In this document: positions 1 to 9,664 of the stretch, piece by piece | Numbering within the stretch: the first letter of the stretch is position 1 | Layout: every line of letters begins with the position of its first letter | Assembly (NCBI GenBank): GCA_963705125.1 | Contig: CAVPIY010000005.1 | Location: forward strand, 20,793-84,792 | Length of the DNA: 64,000 bases | Direction: 5' to 3' | Source of the DNA: an uncultured Bacteroidales bacterium | GTDB lineage: Bacteria > Bacteroidota > Bacteroidia > Bacteroidales > UBA10428 | Notes under the pieces: model-generated | What the model saw: the letters and a program-made list of their open reading frames with translations, nothing else | What the model was told of the DNA's origin: nothing | Database searches by the model: none | Made by a program: the position numbers and the translations under genes

Positions 1-1165
1 ATTCATTGATCTGTGCAGTTTTAGGAAATACAAGGCTTTGATCCAGCAGGGTATAGAACTGTTCAGGCTGAATAGTGATCTTGTCGAGATAATGATTATC
101 CCCGAAACTGATGTTGATGGGAAGGCTGTGGATCTGGTAATGATCAATCATTTCCTGTGGAAGATCACAGGTGGAATCAGTAACCAGTGCAATTTTCCAT
201 TTACGGCGGTAAACCATTTCACTTTGCCGCACCATGTCATCGGCCTTTTGAAAGCTCAGGGTGCCATAATCTTTCAACTGAAAAAAAAATGCAGCCGGGT
301 CATTTGTATGCAGATGCAGGTGTTTTGCCTTGTCTGAGCCGGCGATTACAACTGAATCTCCATGACTGCCGAGTAACCGGGCAAGTGTTTGGTGATCGGC
401 TTTCACATCCTGAAGAATGGCTTCCGTGCAATAGCGTAAGGTAACCTCTTCCGGAATATGCTCGATTACGGGTTGCAGCTGAATGGCTTCAGTCCTGGAG
501 TGCAAAAGATGACGTATATTGCTGAGGGGCAGGAAATCAATTATTCCCCTGATAAACAGTACAAAGCCACTGGCTCCGGCATCCACCACGTTGGCCCGGG
601 CAAGTACGGCGAGTTTTTGCTTTGTTTCCGCCAGGGACCTTTCAAGTACCTGAACCGAGCTGGAAAGCAGTTTGACAAAATCACCTGATTTGTGGCGCTG
701 GCTATAGATATAATCCGCCCACTCGCGGATCACGGTAAGCATGGTCCCTTCCACCGGTGTGGCGATAGCCTCATACACATACCGTACGGCGTTTTTTATG
801 CTCTGTGCAAATTGACTGTATGTAACCGATTGGTATTCACCCGTCTCATTGCTGATACCATATAACAGCTGGGCGAAAATAATACCCGAATTGCCCCGGG
901 CATGGGTCATGGCGGCTTCGGCAATACGTCCGACTGTTACCTTGTAAGATTTATGGGGATGCACCATGCTGAAAACCGAACGAACCGTGGCTGCCATATT
1001 TGATCCGGTGTCTCCGTCGTTAACCGGAAAGACATTGATCCTGTTCAGCTCTGCCTGATTTTCAAGCAGTCTTTTCGTGCCCGCCATGAATGAATAATAC
1101 AAGCCCCGGCCATCAAGCTGAAGAACCGGTGGTGATCCTATTGTTTTCCTGCTCAGCTTTGCCAT
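1..1165 (-). CDS. DAK2 (DhaL/FakA-like) domain protein continuing in frame into a DegV (FakB-like) domain; N-terminal 388 codons only, ORF runs off the left edge
   Basis: Absent from the ORF track because it is open at the window edge. Manual minus-strand translation from the ATG (cat at 1163-1165) gives MAKLSRKTIGSPPVLQLDGRGLYYSFMAGTKRLLENQAELNRINVFPVNDGDTGSNMAATV... with the DhaL-type DGDTG motif. It continues ...RYCTEAILQDV...GSHGDSVVIAGSDKAKHLHLHTNDP, then KIALVTDSTCDLPQEMIDHYQIHSLPINISFGDNHYLDKITIQPEQFYTLL...PKTAQINE (DegV N-terminus). No stop occurs down to position 1. Confidence 0.8.
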   Translation of the reverse strand, partial: MAKLSRKTIGSPPVLQLDGRGLYYSFMAGTKRLLENQAELNRINVFPVNDGDTGSNMAATVRSVFSMVHPHKSYKVTVGRIAEAAMTHARGNSGIIFAQLLYGISNETGEYQSVTYSQFAQSIKNAVRYVYEAIATPVEGTMLTVIREWADYIYSQRHKSGDFVKLLSSSVQVLERSLAETKQKLAVLARANVVDAGASGFVLFIRGIIDFLPLSNIRHLLHSRTEAIQLQPVIEHIPEEVTLRYCTEAILQDVKADHQTLARLLGSHGDSVVIAGSDKAKHLHLHTNDPAAFFFQLKDYGTLSFQKADDMVRQSEMVYRRKWKIALVTDSTCDLPQEMIDHYQIHSLPINISFGDNHYLDKITIQPEQFYTLLDQSLVFPKTAQINE

Positions 1166-1172
1166 AGCATCC

Positions 1173-2333
1173 TTAATTCTTTTTCACCAAATCGAGCAGC
1201 TTGCTGTCGAGCTTATGCCCATTCCAGTCGGTGTATTCCACATCTTTTCGGTTTGAGTCCAGGATCCCAAAATCACCCCGGAAGTTCCAGAGTGCATATC
1301 CGATGCCGTTTTTGGCAAGGATATCGGTCACATCACCAAACCAGGCAAGAAATACTTCATGGGGTGTATTTCTCCAGCAGCCACATTCCCCGCAATGCAC
1401 CCCGACTCCCTTGCTCAGGAGGTCAATCCATGGCTTATAGAGTTCCTCAAGCTGTTCCCTCCCGAAATCCTTGCCATCCATTTTACCTGGCCATACCGGT
1501 TTCGGGGCCAATGAGGGATCCTTCCATACCCAGGGAGCCTGGTAATGCGAGATATAGTGCGGATAATAACCCCGGCAGCTCTGGGCTATATTCAGTTCTA
1601 TAAGCTCCGGCGTCACATCGCCTCCGACATTATTTCCGTCTGCTATGATCAGGTGATCGGGGTTGGCGGACCGGATAGCCTCAACGGCACCCTTTGCAAC
1701 CATTCTGTACAGCTCACCCGGAAGCGCACTGCTTTTGGAGAACTGATCATTCATATCTTCCCTGAAAGCCGGTTCATTCAGTAAATCGAAACTGATCTTT
1801 TGGCTTGAAACGTTCTTAAAGCGTTTGGCCCACATACCCCAGTGGAAATAAAATGCATCCTGAGCTTCCTTATCTTTCCATAAATTGAACGGCTCTGAAA
1901 AACCGGCATTTATGCAATATCCGGGCGCCCTGTGAAGGTTCAGGCAAACATGCAAACTGTACTTATGGGCAAGGAACACCAGCTTTTCGATCTCATCCAC
2001 CACTTTCTGGTCGATCTGACAGGTTTCCTCCCGGTTAATCTGCCTTGACCGGTCGAAATCGAGGTAACGCGGGTATGCCATGGGGATCCGGACAAAATCA
2101 AATCCCCAGTCTCTCATCCAGCGCAGATCATCTTCTGTAGTCCCGCCATGATTTCTGCCCGGGGAAGGGGAAAAATAATCCAGAAGATTAAAACCTTTCC
2201 AGCGGGGCAATGGATTTTTTACCCGTAAGGATTTATTCCCGGCAATAGCAGAACTTCCTGTTAAAGTGACTGCCGCAGCAGTTAAAGCGGTGTTTTTTAA
2301 GAAAATCCTCCGGTCAATCTTCGGTAAGTCCAT
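1173..2333 (-). CDS. Glycoside hydrolase family 5 (cellulase-family) enzyme with twin-arginine signal
   Basis: 386-aa ORF. It has a TAT-type leader (KIDRRIFLKNTALTAAAVTL) and the GH5 acid/base context ISFDLLNEP. The overall GH5-like sequence includes RIPMAYP and HVCLNLHRAPG. Confidence 0.8.
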   Translation of the reverse strand: MDLPKIDRRIFLKNTALTAAAVTLTGSSAIAGNKSLRVKNPLPRWKGFNLLDYFSPSPGRNHGGTTEDDLRWMRDWGFDFVRIPMAYPRYLDFDRSRQINREETCQIDQKVVDEIEKLVFLAHKYSLHVCLNLHRAPGYCINAGFSEPFNLWKDKEAQDAFYFHWGMWAKRFKNVSSQKISFDLLNEPAFREDMNDQFSKSSALPGELYRMVAKGAVEAIRSANPDHLIIADGNNVGGDVTPELIELNIAQSCRGYYPHYISHYQAPWVWKDPSLAPKPVWPGKMDGKDFGREQLEELYKPWIDLLSKGVGVHCGECGCWRNTPHEVFLAWFGDVTDILAKNGIGYALWNFRGDFGILDSNRKDVEYTDWNGHKLDSKLLDLVKKN

Positions 2334-2481
2334 GGCTGTGGTTTTTTTCTTTTACAAAAAGGTTTATCTCACATCAAAGATAGAAAGAACTTACCATAAA
2401 TAACATAAAAACCGGATTTCCGGGAATGCGAAAATACAAAAGCCTATAGTATAAATCCAAAGGTTTCCGTTTGATAACCGC

Positions 2482-3931
2482 TTACAGCAGCGGTGATAAA
2501 AGCCTGCCTATTCTTTCGGACAAATGCCTGAAGACGGGTTTTGAAATTCCATCATCCAGATTCAGTTTCTCCGCCTGCTGTAAATCGTTTTCAAAAAATC
2601 CGCACAACTGTTCAGCGAAGTCACTGGCATACACAATGGCATTTACTTCAAAGTTCAGGTCAAAACTGCGGTGGTCCATATTGGCAGTTCCCAATATTGA
2701 CATATGTTTGTCAACCACCATGGTCTTGGCGTGAATAAAGCCTTTTTTATAGATATATATTTCAACACCTGTCTTCAGCAGTTCATCGTAGTTCGACCAG
2801 GCCGCTGCATTTACCCAATATGAATCAGAAATTCCGGGGACGAGAATTTTCACATGAACGCCACCCATAACAGCTACTTTAATCGCATTGATTATACTTT
2901 CTCCGGGTACAAAATAGGGTGTGGTGAGCAGGATTTCATTCTTGGCCAGACTGATGGCCTTGAGAAATGACAGCATAATGGTTGAGGCAGGAGAATCCGG
3001 TCCACCGGCTGCAATCTGAACACTTACATCAGAGTCATACCGTATTTGATCATAATACAATCCATCCAGCTGGACAGACTGATTTGAGCAAAAATTCCAA
3101 TCACACAAAAAGGTATGCTGTAAATTGAGGATCCCGGGTCCGTCAATGCGAAGATGCGTATCCCGCCAGTAAAGTTTATCCGGTTCATCCGGGTTGTTAA
3201 TATAGCGGTCACTGATGTTGATACCCCCAACAAAACCACAATTACCATCCACAATGATGATTTTCCGGTGGTTCCGGTAATTAATCCGGTTGGCAAACAG
3301 CAACAGCCTCACCCGGTTGAAAGGATAGGCTTCCACACCTGCATTTTTTAATTCCTTCACTACCTTTTTACGGATTGACCTGCTCCCGAAATCATCATAT
3401 ATGAATCGGACTTCAACGCCCTGTTTTGCCTTTTGCATCAGAATATCCTTTATCTGATTGCCTATAATATCATCCTCATAAATATAGTATTCCAGATGAA
3501 TATGATGCTCTGCCTTTCTCAGGGTATCCAGGACCTCCGGAAATTTTTGTTCGCCATTTATCAATACCTTAACGGAATTACCATCGGTAAGTGGACTCAG
3601 ATGTGTCATTCATCAAAAGATTTACCATGCTTTTGCCATCACCAACCTCAAGTGCATTTTTTTTCAGGTTCCTTGCCGAATACGATATTATCCTTTCATT
3701 CAATTCTCTCAACTTTACCTCATCCTTTACCAATTTCTTGCTGTATATTAAACGCTTGCGATAATTTATGCCGAATACAAAATAGAAACCCATGCCCGCT
3801 ATTGGAATGAATATGGCAAGCAGCACATATGCAAGGGTTTTGGCGGAACTTTCGGTATCATAAATAATACGCAGGCAAACCAATGCCACTATGATGATGT
3901 AAACTATATCGGTGATCAGCGTGACATGCAT
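2482..3931 (-). pseudogene. cls: Cardiolipin synthase split into two overlapping ORFs by a frameshift (or a sequencing indel)
   Basis: ORF 3578..3931 encodes the typical N-terminal two-TM segment (LLAIFIPIAGMGFYFVFGINYRKR). ORF 2482..3609 is in another frame and carries both PLD HKD motifs (HRKIIIVDG, HAKTMVVD). The frames overlap at 3578-3609, around LLMND / THLSPLTDGNSV. Confidence 0.8.
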
Positions 3932-3985
3932 AGGAATCCGGTCATTCTGGGAATTTTGTTTTTTTAGAGAAGATCTGTCAGTAAA

Positions 3986-4441
3986 TTATCCGGTGCAACG
4001 TAAACAGTATCCCCGGTGAATACAAATAGTCCCGCTACATCCCGGGCAATGCCATTTTTCAAATTCCCGGCCCAGGAATGAGTCCATGCCTTCATCCCTG
4101 ATGTGTTCAAGGTTTTCAATCAGGCTGGTCTGGTATCTTGTCCGGTATCTTTTATCCAGTTGCTTCAACCGTCTGCAGGGATATTTTTCACAAGTGTAGC
4201 AAAAATCGGATCTTGTTTCTGCCAGCAAACTGCAATTGCGGATGATGCATTTCCGAATGTATCTCGATTTGTGCTCATCCATGAGCCTGCATCCGTAACA
4301 ATGGTTTTTTGATCTCAGGTAGGCCAGACAGGTGCCACAATTCATGCCGCAGGGAGCAATCAGCTCTTTGCTGAAGCCCTGCTCTGTTGTTGTATATTCA
4401 ATTTTATTCATGACAAAGACAAATCTCCCGGAATGGATCAA
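3986..4441 (-). CDS. Cys-rich DUF3795-family protein
   Basis: 151-aa ORF with many CxxC pairs (CGMNCGTCLAY, CYGCR, CYTCEKYPC, CPGCSGTIC) characteristic of DUF3795. The likelier start is MNKIEY at 4411. Confidence 0.6.
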   Translation of the reverse strand: MIHSGRFVFVMNKIEYTTTEQGFSKELIAPCGMNCGTCLAYLRSKNHCYGCRLMDEHKSRYIRKCIIRNCSLLAETRSDFCYTCEKYPCRRLKQLDKRYRTRYQTSLIENLEHIRDEGMDSFLGREFEKWHCPGCSGTICIHRGYCLRCTG

Positions 4442-4557
4442 TACAAATTTCTGAAATTAAATTTAATCATCCCTTTTGTAAATTCCTCATTTATGGATAA
4501 AATGAATTATGCACCTGAAAAAAATAATTAAAAACAAGCAATGTAATTTAAAAATTC

Positions 4558-4574
4558 TTACAATTGCATTGTAA
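4558..4574. promoter_or_regulatory. 7-bp inverted repeat TTACAAT-TGC-ATTGTAA upstream of the chorismate mutase gene (candidate operator or promoter element)
   Basis: Read directly from the sequence: ttacaat tgc attgtaa. It sits 34 nt upstream of the ATG at 4608 in an AT-rich intergenic region. Confidence 0.3.
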
Positions 4575-4607
4575 AATTATGCATTACCCTGGAATCACGC
4601 CTGTCCT

Positions 4608-4907
4608 ATGAAAATGCCGCACGAATGTAAAAGCATTGAGGAAGTACGTCTGCAAATTGATGAAATCGACCAGGTTATTATTGATTTGATCGGAAAGCGG
4701 TTTTCTTTTATCCGGGAAATTGTTAAGTATAAAAACACTGTTGATGAGGTAATTGCAAAAAACAGATTTCAGGCGGTTATCAGCGAACGAAGGGAAATGG
4801 CCATCAGCCATCATTTGGATCCTGATGTAATTGAAAATATATACAGGATTATGATGAAATATTTTATACAGGAACAGCTTGAATTGTTAAAGAAAAAACA
4901 AAAATAA
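4608..4907 (+). CDS. AroQ-class chorismate mutase (PchB-like small domain protein)
   Basis: 99-aa ORF. IEEVRLQIDEIDQVIIDLIGKRFSFIREIVKYK matches the CM_2 helical-bundle pattern (R..ID.ID..I..Ll..R). Confidence 0.75.
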   Translation: MKMPHECKSIEEVRLQIDEIDQVIIDLIGKRFSFIREIVKYKNTVDEVIAKNRFQAVISERREMAISHHLDPDVIENIYRIMMKYFIQEQLELLKKKQK

Positions 4908-4914
4908 TCCCAAC

Positions 4915-5868
4915 ATGTACAGAAAGGAAATTAAAGTCGTGGATTGTACTGTTCGAGATGGCGGTTTAATGAACAACTGGCATTTCAGTGATGACTTTGT
5001 AAGATCGGTTTACAACGCCTGTGTTGAGGCCGGGATAGATTATATGGAAATTGGCTACAAAAGCAGTGAAAAATCCTATTCACGAACAGACAACGGTCCC
5101 TGGAAATTCTGCGATGAAAAAGATGTCAGACGGATAGTCGGCGATAATAAAACCAATACCAGACTTTCGGTTATGGTTGATATCGGCAGGGTTGACCTCA
5201 ATGATATACCTGAAAAATCAAAAAGTGTCATTGATATGATACGGGTAGCCGCCTATGTTCACCAGATTGACAAAGCAATTGTCATGGCGGAACACTGCAT
5301 GAACAAGGGGTATGAAACAACCATTAATCTGATGGCAGTATCAAAAGTTAATGAGACTGAACTTGATGAAGCCCTTTTTGATGTTTCCAAATCGAAGGTC
5401 CCTGTATTTTATGTAGTGGATAGTTTTGGCAGTATGCATGGAGAACAGATTGAACTGATCACCAAAAAGTATATGGACTTGCTGAAGGGAAAAACAATCG
5501 GTATCCACGCACATAACAATATGCAGCTGGCCTTTTCCAATACAATTACTGCGATTATTCATGGTTGTAACATGCTGGACGCAACATTGCTGGGACTTGG
5601 AAGAGGTGCAGGGAATTGTCCGATCGAAATACTGATTGCCTTTTTGAAGAATCCTAAATACCGCTTATTGCCGCTATTTCAATCGATTCAGGACTATATT
5701 CTGCCCCTGCAGAAAAAAATTGACTGGGGCTATCATATTCCCTATCTCGTAACAGGGGCCATGAATGAGCATCCTAAGGAAGCCATGGACTGGATGGATT
5801 CAGATAAAAAAGATGATTTTGTCGGATTCCTGAAGCATATGCATGATAATTTCGCCATTCTGGAATAA
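4915..5868 (+). CDS. HMGL-like (DRE-TIM) aldolase / pyruvate carboxyltransferase-domain protein
   Basis: 317-aa ORF. The N-terminal VDCTVRDGG...DYMEIGY and the later HAHNN motif are typical of the HMGL-like aldolase family. It starts 7 nt after the chorismate mutase stop. Confidence 0.65.
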   Translation: MYRKEIKVVDCTVRDGGLMNNWHFSDDFVRSVYNACVEAGIDYMEIGYKSSEKSYSRTDNGPWKFCDEKDVRRIVGDNKTNTRLSVMVDIGRVDLNDIPEKSKSVIDMIRVAAYVHQIDKAIVMAEHCMNKGYETTINLMAVSKVNETELDEALFDVSKSKVPVFYVVDSFGSMHGEQIELITKKYMDLLKGKTIGIHAHNNMQLAFSNTITAIIHGCNMLDATLLGLGRGAGNCPIEILIAFLKNPKYRLLPLFQSIQDYILPLQKKIDWGYHIPYLVTGAMNEHPKEAMDWMDSDKKDDFVGFLKHMHDNFAILE

Positions 5869-5949
5869 TGCTTCCTCACACTATCAGACAAGTATTGATT
5901 GCGTCTGGCAGCCTCCGCTTTGATCAGGTATCTGTCACAAGTTGTCTGA

Positions 5950-6945
5950 TTATAAAACCAGCTTCAGTTTTGCCACTTCATCCGCAATGAAACCCAGATC
6001 TTCAGCTGAGAGATGAATATCAGTTGCCCGTGCGTTTTCAATGGCCTGTTCGGCATTCCGGGCCCCGACCAGGGCAATCGTAATCCCCGGCTGTTCAAGG
6101 GTCCACCTGATAACCAGCTGTCCCAGGGTAGCCTGTTTTTCCCGGGCCAAAGGTCTCAGTTTATCCAGAAACTGATTGACCAGCAAGATATTTTCATCGG
6201 AATAAAAAAAACTCCCCTTGCGTGAATCTCCTTTGTTAAACTGATGTCCGGGTTTGATCTTGCCTGTGAGCAAACCCCGTTGCAACGGACTGTAGGCAAT
6301 GATTGCCTTGTTGTATTGCAGGGTATAGGGGATCAACTCCTTTTCGATATCGCGCACCAACATACTATACGGAACCTGGTTTGAAGCCAGGGATGTTGTT
6401 TTTTCTGCTTCTGCCATCTGCGCTGCTGAATAGTTGCTGACCCCCGCTGCCCTGATCTTACCCTGCTGCATCAGCCGTGAAAGCGCTTCCATGGTCTCAG
6501 CCATGGGTGTGGTGTCATCTGGCCAATGAATCTGATACAGGTCGATATAATCCGTATTCATGCGCTTCAGGCTGTTCTCACACTCCAGGATGATACTTTC
6601 CCGTGAAGCCAGGGCATAAATATCAATGGGCCGGCCTGCATTGTCAGCGCTTTTAAAAAAAAGGCTGCCTTCCCGGGTATCCCATCGCAAGCCAAACTTG
6701 GTGAGTATCTGGATTTTTGACCGGTCCATCCCCCGGATGGCCTCCCCGGTAATCTCTTCACTCAAGCCCTGTCCATAAGCCGGTGCGGTATCAATAGATG
6801 TAACGCCATGTTCAACAGATACCCGAATGGCTTCCAAAGCCTCCCTTCTGTCTGCACCACCCCATAACCAGCCCCCGATAGCCCAGGCTCCGAAAGTAAT
6901 CACCGAAGCCTCCACACCTGATGTTCCCAATTGTCTTTTTTCCAT
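5950..6945 (-). CDS. Aldo/keto reductase
   Basis: 331-aa ORF with AKR hallmarks: FGAWAIGG, IDTAPAYGQG, YIDLYQIHWPD. Confidence 0.85.
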   Translation of the reverse strand: MEKRQLGTSGVEASVITFGAWAIGGWLWGGADRREALEAIRVSVEHGVTSIDTAPAYGQGLSEEITGEAIRGMDRSKIQILTKFGLRWDTREGSLFFKSADNAGRPIDIYALASRESIILECENSLKRMNTDYIDLYQIHWPDDTTPMAETMEALSRLMQQGKIRAAGVSNYSAAQMAEAEKTTSLASNQVPYSMLVRDIEKELIPYTLQYNKAIIAYSPLQRGLLTGKIKPGHQFNKGDSRKGSFFYSDENILLVNQFLDKLRPLAREKQATLGQLVIRWTLEQPGITIALVGARNAEQAIENARATDIHLSAEDLGFIADEVAKLKLVL

Positions 6946-6985
6946 GGTGTAAATTGTAATATTCAGGTAAATCTAATCAGTTTTT

Positions 6986-7987
6986 TTACGGAACCAGCAA
7001 TACTTTCCCGGCTGTCATACCCGAAAGATAGGTCCCCAATGCCTGGCCTGCCTCTTCCAGGGGGATCCTTGCCCGTACCGTTGTGGACAGTCCGGTCTTT
7101 ATCAATGCCCTGACCCGGAAAATATTCAGGAGTGTTTTCGCCAGACCAGCTTTCTTTAACCAAAGTCCCAGAAAAAATCCGGACACTTTCATATTGCCCG
7201 AAACCAGGGATCTGTAATCAATCTCCGGCTGCTCTCCCGAGAGGTTACCATATAACACCACTTCGCTGCCTGCGGGAATTACCTGCATGATTTCCCGGGT
7301 CAGTCTTCCCCCCACCGCATCAAAAACAAGGGTCGCATTCAATCTTCCGGACAGGAGGCGAAGGTCATCCTGGAAACTCCCCTCAGCACTATTCAGTAAA
7401 TATTGGGCACCCAGGTCTACGAGGACTTTTTTCTGTGCTTCATTTCTGATAATATGAATAACGGGAATTTTGCACTTTGTCCCAAGCATTTCAATGATAC
7501 GTCCAAGTGCACTGGCTGCTGCGGTATTGATGATGGCTGTATGCCTGCCGCGCCGCACCATATCAAAGAAAGCAACAGCGGTCAGGGGATTGACGATAAA
7601 CATGGCCCCCTGCTCATCGGAGATCCATTTGGGAAGTGGAATGCATCGTGCTGCGTGTGTGACCATGTATTCAGCCCAGGTACCACTTGCATTTCCTGCA
7701 GATGAACAAGCCACCCTTCTCCCGGTCCACAACCAGGGCAAAATACCCGGTCCACGTTCAACCACGGTTCCACATCCCTCAATCCCGGGGATGAAAGACC
7801 GCCTTTCTGCAGGCTCCGTCACACTTTTTATCCGGGCAAGGTCAGAAGGATTGATCGGTGCTGCCGCAATTTTCACAAGAACTTCACCATGCCCGGGACG
7901 GGGAACAGGAACATACCGCAGTGACAGATGCCCGTCATTTTCTGCAAGACACACAGCCTGCATCATTTCGGGTATTTTTGGTTTCAT
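6986..7987 (-). CDS. MDR-superfamily zinc-type alcohol dehydrogenase / quinone oxidoreductase-like protein
   Basis: 333-aa ORF. It has a GroES-like N-terminus (GEVLVKIAAAPINPSD) and a Rossmann segment (AIINTAAASALG). Confidence 0.75.
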   Translation of the reverse strand: MKPKIPEMMQAVCLAENDGHLSLRYVPVPRPGHGEVLVKIAAAPINPSDLARIKSVTEPAERRSFIPGIEGCGTVVERGPGILPWLWTGRRVACSSAGNASGTWAEYMVTHAARCIPLPKWISDEQGAMFIVNPLTAVAFFDMVRRGRHTAIINTAAASALGRIIEMLGTKCKIPVIHIIRNEAQKKVLVDLGAQYLLNSAEGSFQDDLRLLSGRLNATLVFDAVGGRLTREIMQVIPAGSEVVLYGNLSGEQPEIDYRSLVSGNMKVSGFFLGLWLKKAGLAKTLLNIFRVRALIKTGLSTTVRARIPLEEAGQALGTYLSGMTAGKVLLVP

Positions 7988-8107
7988 TTCACCGGATTTT
8001 GAGGGGTTATTCGGGTCTTTGGCTGATCAGCAAATTAACAAACCTTAAACTGGGATCAGATGCTTTGAAAACCAGCAAATATGATTTCATGCATACGGGG
8101 CATATAT

Positions 8108-8542
8108 CTATTGGAGATTTTCAACCCAGGGTTTTATAAAGAAGCCGGCGATCTTTCCCTGTTGATTCAGTACAACCCGTATCTCGAGTTTGTTTTCGTT
8201 TCCGAAGATGCCGCTGAATCTGTAAATCACCATTTTTGAATTGCTATCAGACCATACCTGTGCATAAGCAAGTGATTTAAATTCACCAAATCCGGATTTT
8301 ACCTGGGTATAAGCCTGCTTCTGTTTTTCAGCCGTCAACAGCCTGATCATATCATCTGTTGCTTCATCGGTATTAAACTGGTAATAACTGCCTGAAATTT
8401 GCTTCAAAAAATACGCATTGGCAAATTTCTTCGCAAATTCCATCTGCTTTGTATCAATACTTTTGTCATCTAGTTTCTTAAAATCCTGTCCGTTGATACC
8501 ATAGCATCCAATCAAGAGGAGGGCAAGAAATACGTTTTTCAT
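8108..8542 (-). CDS. Small secreted protein, DUF3887-like
   Basis: 144-aa ORF with a signal peptide (MKNVFLALLLIGCYGINGQ). The family assignment is from memory of the DUF3887 pattern and is weak. Confidence 0.4.
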   Translation of the reverse strand: MKNVFLALLLIGCYGINGQDFKKLDDKSIDTKQMEFAKKFANAYFLKQISGSYYQFNTDEATDDMIRLLTAEKQKQAYTQVKSGFGEFKSLAYAQVWSDSNSKMVIYRFSGIFGNENKLEIRVVLNQQGKIAGFFIKPWVENLQ

Positions 8543-8590
8543 GGCTTAAATTTTTTCATCCAATAACTTTCATAAATATAATAATTTACC

Positions 8591-8618
8591 TGTAACTTGT
8601 AACTTGTAACTTGTAACT
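8591..8618. repeat. Perfect heptamer tandem repeat (TGTAACT)x4
   Basis: Read directly: tgtaact tgtaact tgtaact tgtaact. It lies in the 78-nt gap between the pirin stop (8621) and the start of the DUF3887-like gene (8542). Confidence 0.9.
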
Positions 8619-8620
8619 AA

Positions 8621-9664
8621 CTATTTCCTTTCTTCCTTCCCGTCTGCATAGCGTGAAAACCTTCCCATTGACCACTCATGCACCATATCCGGACGCGGCC
8701 AGGGCCAGCCGCCAAAATGATTCTGATAAAAATCGCGGAAGGCCTGCTGTATTTCAGCATGGGAATTCATGACAAAGGGTCCGTGCTGTATCACCGGCTC
8801 GTTTATGGGACGGCCCTGTAGCAAGAGGAATTCACTGTCTGCGGGACCGTTTTCAATCAGTGCATCAAATTCCGGCAAAAGATCAACCGCCTGATAGGGT
8901 GAGACCTCTACCCCGGCGATAGTTGTCCCCTGACCCCTTGGATAGTAAAGAGTCCGGTTCACATCCGGTGAGGCAGGTGGGATTGTCCATTTGGCCTGGC
9001 CTTCCATTTTAATGATCCATATGGCAACTTCATTCTTCTCGTCTGCCGCCCAGGAATCCGGCGCAGGAGGAGGTGCTGAATTGTCCCTTATTTTCCCCGC
9101 AATGATCCGGACTTCCGTTGATTTACCCTTGTTGTCCTTCACCCTGAGTGCAGGGATATTCTCCGCCCACAACATGGCATAATGCGGTTTTACAAATTTC
9201 TTCGACCCGGGAAGATTGAGCCATATCTGAAACAATTCCAAACGGTTTTCACCCTCCCTGTTCAGCAGGGGGAACATCTCGCTGTGCTGCAGTCCGGCTC
9301 CGGCAGTCATCCATTGTACATCGCCATTTCCATACCTACCTGCCGCGCCATGTGAATCAGCATGATCAACGAGTCCCTTCAGCACCACGGTTACCGTTTC
9401 AAATCCACGGTGCGGGTGGGCCGGGAATCCGGGAATGGTATCTCCGTGATACATGCGCCATCCGTCTTTCACCGTAAAATCCTGTCCGATGTTCCTTCCT
9501 GCCAGAGAGGCAACGGGGCCCATGACTTCATTTCCGGCAGGGTAGTTATCCAGGTGATGAACACAGAAAAGAAAGGGGTCACGTGTTCCCCATACAAAAC
9601 CAAGCGGCTGTATACCTGTAATAATTTTGTTATACATATCCTGAATTTTAATTTGATACACCAT
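8621..9664 (-). CDS. Pirin-family (bicupin) protein
   Basis: 347-aa ORF with the cupin metal motif [16 protein letters not shown] plus [13 protein letters not shown]. The alternative start MYNK at 9637 would remove the overlap with the upstream gene. Confidence 0.85.
   Translation of the reverse strand: MVYQIKIQDMYNKIITGIQPLGFVWGTRDPFLFCVHHLDNYPAGNEVMGPVASLAGRNIGQDFTVKDGWRMYHGDTIPGFPAHPHRGFETVTVVLKGLVDHADSHGAAGRYGNGDVQWMTAGAGLQHSEMFPLLNREGENRLELFQIWLNLPGSKKFVKPHYAMLWAENIPALRVKDNKGKSTEVRIIAGKIRDNSAPPPAPDSWAADEKNEVAIWIIKMEGQAKWTIPPASPDVNRTLYYPRGQGTTIAGVEVSPYQAVDLLPEFDALIENGPADSEFLLLQGRPINEPVIQHGPFVMNSHAEIQQAFRDFYQNHFGGWPWPRPDMVHEWSMGRFSRYADGKEERK

Noticed and set aside
38-688. Plus-strand ORFs 38..337, 187..444 and 458..688 at the left edge.
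   Set aside because: They are antisense shadows of the open-ended minus-strand DAK2-DegV gene, whose translation has strong family motifs.
2482-3931. Programmed ribosomal frameshifting as the explanation for the split cls, hutU, hutH and pmbA genes.
   Set aside because: The junctions are heterogeneous (+1 and -1). I can see no common slippery heptamer or downstream structure, and these gene families are not known to use recoding. Mutation or sequencing error is more parsimonious.
8591-8618. Possible CRISPR array or other spaced repeat array at the short tandem repeats (8591, 10794, 13880).
   Set aside because: The units are 7-8 nt and directly abutting, with no spacers. No cas genes are present and no 25-40 nt repeat recurs anywhere in the window by eye.
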